Translations under genes and position numbers: made by a program
In this document: positions 57,953-64,000 of the stretch, piece after piece
Layout: every line of letters starts with the position of its first letter
Numbering within the stretch: the stretch's first letter is position 1
IMG/VR virus record: IMGVR_UViG_3300037483_000793
Location: 96,001-160,000 of that record
Strand: one strand, 5' to 3'
Origin: a virus
DNA length: 64,000 bases
The notes under the pieces: model-generated
What the model was told of the DNA's origin: nothing
The model's input: the letters and a program-made list of their open reading frames with translations, nothing else
Databases searched by the model: none

Positions 57953-59896
57953 ATGGTCAACGTTAACCGCGAGAATCTGGGTCCGGCCGAGCGCATCATC
58001 AACTCGGTCCTTACCTACACCGATCACCTCTATCACGGCCGTCCTGGCATCGTTGTCACGGACGCGCGCACCAACGTCGGTGTGCGGTGGGAAGCTGTTA
58101 CGCACAAGATCGAGGACATCAACGGTGTCAAGCGCAAGGTCGTCTACCAGCTCAGCAAGGTCGGCAAGAAGACGATCAAGACGAAGGTCGGCGTGGTCAC
58201 TGAAGCTGTCGCAGCGGGTGGTCGTGTCATTCAACATGTGCGCACGGACGCGAGCCCGAACCATCCGATCCTCGGTGAGTACCGCGAGGCAGGACTGTTC
58301 CCCGAGGTCGCGACGTGGATGTACCGCCAGGTCGCCGAAGTCTGGAAGCTCGACAACGAGTTCGCGGCGAAGTGGGCTTCGTACGCATTTGCTCAGGAGC
58401 ACCGCGACCTCAAGGTCGTGCTCGCAGCGTTCATGCTCGTGCAGTCACGCAAGGGTGATCCCGTACGTGACGGTGGTGCTGTCGCGTTCTACGACGACGA
58501 CTTCCGTGACATCGGTGAGGCAATGACACTGATCCGTCGCAAGGACGACAAGGATCTGAACCCCAAGCTCCTGCTGCGCATCCGTAGCGTACTCGCGCTG
58601 CCGGAGATCGCTGCGATCAACAACGAACTGGGCTTCGGTGTGTCGACGCGCAAGCCAGCGTTCGGCCGTTGGCCCAAGGTCGTCGAGAAGTGGCTGCGTC
58701 ACCGCGAGGAGAACCCCAAGCTCCTCGAAAGCGGTGTGCGCGCAGGTTTCCGCAAGACAATCATCAAGCTCGCGAAGCACGTCGGCTACAAGCCAGAGAC
58801 GGTGAAGTTCTTCGAGACGTTGCGCTGGAAGCAGGCGCAGGCGAACGACGGTCGGCGTCAGCTCATGATCGGTGTCGATCTCGCAAAGGTCGAGTCGTGG
58901 GCTGAGCTAACCGAGATGCAGATCTGCGAGCGCATCGTCAAGGAGAAGCCGGACTGGAAGCGCCTCGTCGGCATGCTGCCCAAGGGCAACATCACACGCG
59001 CCGTCGTCGCTGCTGCTGTCGAAGCAAAGGCGCTGTCGGAGCGCGATCTCATCATCGCGACACCGACACTGGAAGAGCTGGGTCTGCTCGACGTACCTGC
59101 GATCAAGGCGGCGTGGGAGAAGGCAATCCAGAACGCAGACAACTCGCGTGCGGCGAACATTGCAAAGAACGTCAACGCGAAGGCGGTCAAGGACAAGCTC
59201 GTCGAGGCAGCCGACACGGCGATCAAGAAGGCCGTCGAGGAAGTCGTCAAGAACATCCGGGTGTACTTCATGGTCGACATCTCGGGCTCGATGAAGAACG
59301 CGATCGAGGCCGCGAAGGGCCACATCGCGAAGTTCCTGCAGGGCTTTCCGGTCGACAAGACGCACGTGGCCGTGTTCAACACGACGGGTCGCGAGATCAC
59401 GCTCAAGCATGCATCGGCAGTTGGTGTCGAGAACGCGTTTCGCGGCATCACGGCCGGTGGTGGTACGGACTACGGCGCTGGCGTTCGTGCGCTCATGCAT
59501 CACAAGCCGAAGGATGACGAAGACGTCCTGTTCATCTTCGTCGGCGATGAGGAAGCACACGCGTTCGATGGCCAGATCACGGCGTCGGGTCTCAAGCCGT
59601 TGGCGTTCGGCTTCGTCAAGACGGTCCCCGATGGCGGTGCTGCAGGTTATCGGCACGCGCAGTTCGGCGGCGAGAACAACATCGCTGTGCGCGAGACGGC
59701 CAAGCGGCTCGGCGTCCCGTGTTTCATGATCGACGAGAAGACGTTCGACGATGTGTACGCGATCCCGCGGACGATTCGGAACCTGATCGCGGCGACGCCG
59801 GTCGGTCCAGCTGCGCGTGCTGTCGCCGCGCCGCGCATGACGTTCGTTGATCAGATCCTGAAGACAGAGCTGTTGCGCAAGCCTGTGTGGGCCTGA
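57953..59896 (+). CDS. vWA-domain protein with TROVE-like helical N-terminal region
   Basis: C-terminal MIDAS VDISGSM, GGTDY, FVGDEE (clear); helical N-part resembles TROVE/Ro60 architecture (tentative). Confidence 0.75.
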   Translation: MVNVNRENLGPAERIINSVLTYTDHLYHGRPGIVVTDARTNVGVRWEAVTHKIEDINGVKRKVVYQLSKVGKKTIKTKVGVVTEAVAAGGRVIQHVRTDASPNHPILGEYREAGLFPEVATWMYRQVAEVWKLDNEFAAKWASYAFAQEHRDLKVVLAAFMLVQSRKGDPVRDGGAVAFYDDDFRDIGEAMTLIRRKDDKDLNPKLLLRIRSVLALPEIAAINNELGFGVSTRKPAFGRWPKVVEKWLRHREENPKLLESGVRAGFRKTIIKLAKHVGYKPETVKFFETLRWKQAQANDGRRQLMIGVDLAKVESWAELTEMQICERIVKEKPDWKRLVGMLPKGNITRAVVAAAVEAKALSERDLIIATPTLEELGLLDVPAIKAAWEKAIQNADNSRAANIAKNVNAKAVKDKLVEAADTAIKKAVEEVVKNIRVYFMVDISGSMKNAIEAAKGHIAKFLQGFPVDKTHVAVFNTTGREITLKHASAVGVENAFRGITAGGGTDYGAGVRALMHHKPKDDEDVLFIFVGDEEAHAFDGQITASGLKPLAFGFVKTVPDGGAAGYRHAQFGGENNIAVRETAKRLGVPCFMIDEKTFDDVYAIPRTIRNLIAATPVGPAARAVAAPRMTFVDQILKTELLRKPVWA

Positions 59897-59902
59897 TTCG
59901 TT

Positions 59903-60853
59903 ATGTCCTGGCGTGAGCTTCTACAGAACGACAACGAGACAATCACGCTGCCGTGGATCGGCAGTCGTGAGCTGCGCTCGTTCTCGCGTAAGTGGACGAT
60001 CGCTGGAGATCTGCCACACGAACATGGCTGGTACGTGTTCAAGCTGCTCAAGGGCCGTACCGCGGTCGTCGACAGTGGTCCCGTTGAGCCGCTGATCACG
60101 ACGCTCGGGAACGTCTACTTTGGCTATCTCGTCGGTGATCGTTTCGCGACGGGCATCGTCGATCAAGCCGTCGTCACGCAGCCACTTGAAGCTGCGAAGC
60201 GCTTGTCACGTGTGCATTTGATCAACGACGACGTTGACCGCTTTGCGCGTGTCAGCGTTGGCAGTGTCGCGACACGTGGACCGCTGTTCTTTCGACAGGT
60301 CGAGATGCCGCTCGGGCCCGAGGACGATGTCCTGCGTGCATACGAGGACCGTGCTGAGACCATCAACGACATCAAGGGCGTCACGCCTGCACTCGACGCC
60401 GCGTTTCGGATGGCATTGTGGCAGCGTACCGAAGCTGAACGTCGCCGTGCCGAACTGGAACGGTTGCGCGCCGAAGAAGAAGCGCGACTCGTGGCTGAGA
60501 TGAAACGCCAGGAGCTGATCAAGCAGCTCGGTGACGGTGCAGGTCGTCGTGCGATGGCGCAAGTCGACTTCGAGGCTGCTGCACGTGCAGCGCTCGCAAT
60601 CGGTGGTGCCGAGCTGCTCGACTGGAAGGCAGTACGCGGCCGTCCCGAGTACACCGTGCGTTATCGCCTGAATCGTCGGCGGTTCGAGTGCGTCTGCGAT
60701 GCGAACCTGCACATCATCGATGCGGGGGTGTGCTTGCAGGATCACAGGACGGGAATCAAAGGCGACGATCGATTCACGCTTGAATCGTTGCCAGGCGTGA
60801 TTCAACAGGCCGAACGTGAGGACAAGCTCGTCGTGTTCAGGAACGTCGTTTAG
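59903..60853 (+). CDS. conserved hypothetical partner of the vWA protein
   Basis: LPWIG..., central coiled coil, C-terminal ECVCD...DAGVCL...GDDRFTLESLPGVI. Confidence 0.8.
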   Translation: MSWRELLQNDNETITLPWIGSRELRSFSRKWTIAGDLPHEHGWYVFKLLKGRTAVVDSGPVEPLITTLGNVYFGYLVGDRFATGIVDQAVVTQPLEAAKRLSRVHLINDDVDRFARVSVGSVATRGPLFFRQVEMPLGPEDDVLRAYEDRAETINDIKGVTPALDAAFRMALWQRTEAERRRAELERLRAEEEARLVAEMKRQELIKQLGDGAGRRAMAQVDFEAAARAALAIGGAELLDWKAVRGRPEYTVRYRLNRRRFECVCDANLHIIDAGVCLQDHRTGIKGDDRFTLESLPGVIQQAEREDKLVVFRNVV

Positions 60854-60862
60854 GAGTCTACG

Positions 60863-61309
60863 ATGAATGTGAACGGTCTACGTGCCGTGTTGCGACGCTT
60901 CGAGCAGCACCACGACAAAGTCATCTACACCGAAGAACTGCAGTGGTACAACGCGGAGACTGACATCGCGATCACGATCGCGTGTGATCCGCCTGTGCCT
61001 GTGCGTGTCGAAGGAATTTTCGACATTCAAACGATGGACGGTTACACCATCTGCTGTTGGGTGATCCGGATACTCAACGAAGGCAATTTCAACAACGTCG
61101 AGACGCTTTACGTCAAAGGTCTGAGCAGTGACGAAAACCGCCGACCTGAGTGGCGAAGCGCTGCAGACACCGTTGACGAAAAAAACATACCACCGCGTCA
61201 TCGGATCGATACAGATCCACGCATTGCTACCTCCAAGTGGCGTTACTGGACCGATTCTGACGACAGTGGATGGCGTACGGGCATCGCACCTGCGGACGAA
61301 AGCGAATGA
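60863..61309 (+). CDS. hypothetical protein (AT-richer codons)
   Basis: AGGAG RBS. Confidence 0.65.
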   Translation: MNVNGLRAVLRRFEQHHDKVIYTEELQWYNAETDIAITIACDPPVPVRVEGIFDIQTMDGYTICCWVIRILNEGNFNNVETLYVKGLSSDENRRPEWRSAADTVDEKNIPPRHRIDTDPRIATSKWRYWTDSDDSGWRTGIAPADESE

Positions 61310-61310
61310 C

Positions 61311-61646
61311 GTGAACGAAGAAGACAAACGTGCTGCTGTACAGGCGTCGCTGAAAGCGGACGCGGCCAAGGTGCGCGCGAAGATTGCACAGCGCGGTGGG
61401 CCGATTTTGTTCGACGCTCTCAAATCGATCGGCGCGACGATGGATCCGATGTGGGAAGGCGAGTGGGAAGGCCCGGTATTGTTCAACGATCCAAAGGGTG
61501 CCTCGCGGATGATTCTCGTTGCGCCGAACGACCACGACGATTTCCTGGCATGGGCCAAGGCACACCCTAACTTCACCGACGAGGAGTTACAGGATCAGGG
61601 TCGTATGCTTCTCGTGCGCATGTGCGCGAGGCCGATCAGTCCGTGA
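61311..61646 (+). CDS. hypothetical protein
   Basis: GTG start MNEEDKRA... in track ORF 61128..61646. Confidence 0.6.
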   Translation: MNEEDKRAAVQASLKADAAKVRAKIAQRGGPILFDALKSIGATMDPMWEGEWEGPVLFNDPKGASRMILVAPNDHDDFLAWAKAHPNFTDEELQDQGRMLLVRMCARPISP

Positions 61647-62089
61647 GCGTCGAGTGGACCAGTGAACAAGTCGCGGAGCAATTCCGGCTTGAAGTGCGTC
61701 AAGCGTTCGAGCGTGAGAACGCTGCACATCGCACTGAAGAAGAAGCAGACCTCGAACGCGTGAGAGCAGATCCAGAACACGCTGCGCGTATCGCACATAA
61801 TCCACGTTTCGCCGAAGCGCTCGCGGTCCGTGACAGCGTGCTGTGGGAGATCTACAGCGGTGCTGACATTCAAGTCGATTGCAACGCCGTCAAGGTTGTC
61901 CTGCCACGCGGGTTCGCGATCTTCCCGGACCTCATCACGATGTTCGAAGGAACGTCGGTCGGTTGGGGCAACGCGCACGTCGACGCTGAGATTGTCAACG
62001 GCGAACCGCGCGTCGTCGTCGAGCTGATCTTGATCGACTACTGGGACGATGATCGTGCGGCGAAGTGGATCGCGGAGCATACGCCATGA
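61643..62089 (+). CDS. hypothetical protein
   Basis: GTGA/ATGA coupling. Confidence 0.65.
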   Translation: MSVEWTSEQVAEQFRLEVRQAFERENAAHRTEEEADLERVRADPEHAARIAHNPRFAEALAVRDSVLWEIYSGADIQVDCNAVKVVLPRGFAIFPDLITMFEGTSVGWGNAHVDAEIVNGEPRVVVELILIDYWDDDRAAKWIAEHTP

Positions 62090-62295
62090 ACGTCCAGCTC
62101 TATTGCCAGACGTGCGGTGTCGAAGCCAAGCGCGCGTTACTCGACCAGCCGGGATGCCGCGGCGCTCACGAGACCGCGTGCGAACCTGCGTCGTGCCCCA
62201 ACGGTCATGGCTTGATGGCGCGGCGCGACGGTGTCGTGCAGGAATTTCTCGATCATGGCTGGGTTGTGACCGGCCGCCTAACAGAGACACGGTAA
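62086..62295 (+). CDS. small zinc-ribbon-like protein
   Basis: CQTC...CPNGH. Confidence 0.55.
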   Translation: MNVQLYCQTCGVEAKRALLDQPGCRGAHETACEPASCPNGHGLMARRDGVVQEFLDHGWVVTGRLTETR

Positions 62296-62305
62296 AGGGA
62301 TCAAC

Positions 62306-63061
62306 ATGACGGCGCCTCGCTACTATTTCGACACGGAATTTCTTGACGACGGTGACAACCAACGCATCGTGCTGATCTCGATCGCACTTGTCTGCGACGA
62401 TGGCCGCGAGCTGTATCTCGTGAGCAACGAGTTCGACTACGACGAGGTCAAGCGTGACGACTGGATGCGCGAGAACGTGCTCAAGCAGTTGCCGCCAACC
62501 CTCGACATGACCGTCAGCAGTTTTCCGTACCCGCCCTCGCCGCTGTGGCGTACGCGCGAACAGATTCGTGACGCGATCATCGAGTTCGTGAAAGACCCCG
62601 GCAACGACGAGAAGGTCGAGTTCTGGGCGTTCTTCGCGAGCTACGACTGGGTCCTGTTCGCGCAGCTGTTCGGCAAGATGATCAATATGCCAAAACACTT
62701 CCCGTGGCTCGTCAACGATCTCAAGACGTGGGCCAAACACACGGGCTTCACCGGCAAGTTTAAGGAGCTGCTACCCAACACGGGCCATCACGACGCGCTT
62801 TGTGACGCGCGCTGGAACCGCGACGTGCACAAGATCCTACTCGAACGGCAACCACTTGCTGCACTCGCCGATGCACTCGTCGATGCAACCGAAGGCGCGC
62901 ACGAGGCAACACCGCTAGCGACGGTTCTGCATCTTGGATCAGAGCTGATCCGTGACTACGTGTCGACGAAGGGTCAGCTGCGCGACATCGAGCAACGCAA
63001 AGGGAGTGATCCGATCATCGACGAGATCCTGTCACGGACGAAGGAAGTCGAAATCGTATGA
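62306..63061 (+). CDS. DEDDh 3'-5' exoribonuclease (Rv2179c-like)
   Basis: YFDTEF, LISIALV, ASYDWV, HDALCDARW. Confidence 0.9.
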   Translation: MTAPRYYFDTEFLDDGDNQRIVLISIALVCDDGRELYLVSNEFDYDEVKRDDWMRENVLKQLPPTLDMTVSSFPYPPSPLWRTREQIRDAIIEFVKDPGNDEKVEFWAFFASYDWVLFAQLFGKMINMPKHFPWLVNDLKTWAKHTGFTGKFKELLPNTGHHDALCDARWNRDVHKILLERQPLAALADALVDATEGAHEATPLATVLHLGSELIRDYVSTKGQLRDIEQRKGSDPIIDEILSRTKEVEIV

Positions 63062-63447
63062 GTCCATCGAAGTACATCCTGCCGAAGAACATCGTTGCGC
63101 TCGCGCGCGATGCAATCAACGACGAGAATGTCGCGACCCGTCAGCGCGAGTGGCGCGCGTTCGCGCGCGAGAAACACCTCGCCAAGCGCGTGCTCGACGA
63201 CGATAAGGCCAAGCGCAAGCTGCGCGAGCGTGTCCGGGCACTGGAAGAGGGCCTGGTGCGCGCGTGTGACCTCGCGATCGATTCAGCGGACGTGATCGAT
63301 AGCGAGAACATCGCTGACCCTGAAGAGAGCGAGGATTTCCGGTACAGCGTCGGCAAGATTCGCACACTCGTGAAGCGGCCTGAAGCTGCACGTCACGTGA
63401 TGCGCAAACTACAGGAGCAGGAAGCAGCTGCTCAGGTGACGCCGTGA
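63058..63447 (+). CDS. hypothetical coiled-coil protein
   Basis: Coupled ORF. Confidence 0.65.
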   Translation: MSPSKYILPKNIVALARDAINDENVATRQREWRAFAREKHLAKRVLDDDKAKRKLRERVRALEEGLVRACDLAIDSADVIDSENIADPEESEDFRYSVGKIRTLVKRPEAARHVMRKLQEQEAAAQVTP

Positions 63448-63728
63448 ACGCGTACGATCCAAAAAACGCGTACACGATCGGCGCGCTGCTTCGCTACGTA
63501 CAACACAAATACGACTGCGACTGGTTACAGCCGATGTGGCACAAGGGTCCATGCGACTGCGGACTCACGGCGCTGATCCAACAGCTGCCTGAAGATTTGC
63601 TGAAGCTGCTCGTCGAAACGAACGATCACGTGCGTGCAACCGTCGAAGAGATCAAACAACGCGAAGAGCGAGCCGAACGTGAAGCGCGTGAAGCGGTCGC
63701 ACAGCGATTCCAGCAGGAGCCTAAATGA
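63444..63728 (+). CDS. hypothetical protein
   Basis: KYDCDW...CDCGL; coupled. Confidence 0.6.
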   Translation: MNAYDPKNAYTIGALLRYVQHKYDCDWLQPMWHKGPCDCGLTALIQQLPEDLLKLLVETNDHVRATVEEIKQREERAEREAREAVAQRFQQEPK

Positions 63729-64000
63729 TCGAGACCGGCGTCGTCATCAACACCAACGGTGAGCCCATCCACTGGCATGAACCTGCAGGACGCTCGGGCG
63801 GTAACTTGCCCGATAGCCGCTCGCTGTGGGATGTGCTGTGGCAGGCGCAACAGCACGGCTGGCTCGCAGGCTTCGCACATACGCATCCGGGCAGCGGTGT
63901 TCCCGGTCCATCGAGCACGGACATCTCGACGTTCGTCGCGATCGAGAACGCGCTCGGTCGGTCACTCGCGTGGTGGATCGCGAGCGCCGATCGGATGGTG
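63725..64000 (+). CDS. JAB/MPN (Mov34) metallo-isopeptidase-like protein, truncated by window end (not in ORF track)
   Basis: Own translation MIETGVVI...GFAHTHPGSGVPGPSSTDISTF...; HxH-x7-S-x2-D JAMM motif with N-terminal Glu. Confidence 0.8.
   Translation, partial: MIETGVVINTNGEPIHWHEPAGRSGGNLPDSRSLWDVLWQAQQHGWLAGFAHTHPGSGVPGPSSTDISTFVAIENALGRSLAWWIASADRMV

Noticed and set aside
1-64000. tRNA, rRNA, CRISPR arrays, IS elements, Walker-A packaging ATPase
   Set aside because: No T-loop/cloverleaf, repeat-spacer array, transposase motif or convincing GxxGxGK[ST] found by eye; a tRNAscan/HMM run is needed to exclude them fully.

Overview
The whole window reads as one densely coding, GC-rich (roughly 60-65% by inspection) virus genome segment. 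I saw no host housekeeping genes, rRNA, tRNA or CRISPR array. A Cys-rich lipoprotein of myxobacterial style (24254-24691) points to a Myxococcota host (inference). Layout: (i) 1-10.3 kb, 13.1-17.2 kb and 57.9-64 kb are co-oriented plus-strand runs of small overlapping early/accessory genes, including M23 peptidase, OB-fold SSB-like protein, LuxR-type HTH, GT2 glycosyltransferase, a tyrosine-recombinase-fold protein lacking its catalytic Tyr, DUF6011, DUF6283-like, vWA proteins, DEDDh exoribonuclease and a JAB/MPN protein cut by the window edge. (ii) About 10.3-12.6 kb and 17-57.8 kb form a long mixed-orientation virion/morphogenesis region. It has no recognisable terminase, portal, HK97 capsid, tail tube/sheath or tape measure. 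It instead encodes a highly expressed jelly-roll-like capsid candidate (39255-40004), several small beta-sandwich proteins, fibre/spike proteins (one with a BclA/C1q-like tip), roughly 15 proteins with a C-terminal membrane anchor plus Arg/Lys tail (many with peptidoglycan-binding motifs), membrane-anchored SGNH and SleB-like hydrolases, many small very basic proteins, a transglutaminase-like Cys protease, thioredoxin, a CX5R phosphatase and a holin/endolysin pair. Best interpretation: an unusually large, tailless, membrane-containing bacterial virus with a poxvirus/adenovirus-like maturation toolkit. Two signals not explained by the ORF track stand out: 20 exact copies of a 16-bp palindrome GATCGC-N4-GCGATC almost all at gene boundaries, and a recurrent G-[FL]-G peptide motif (often closing a ~10-aa N-terminal leader) that may mark protease cleavage sites. 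All protein family calls are from motif recognition by eye, not database searches.
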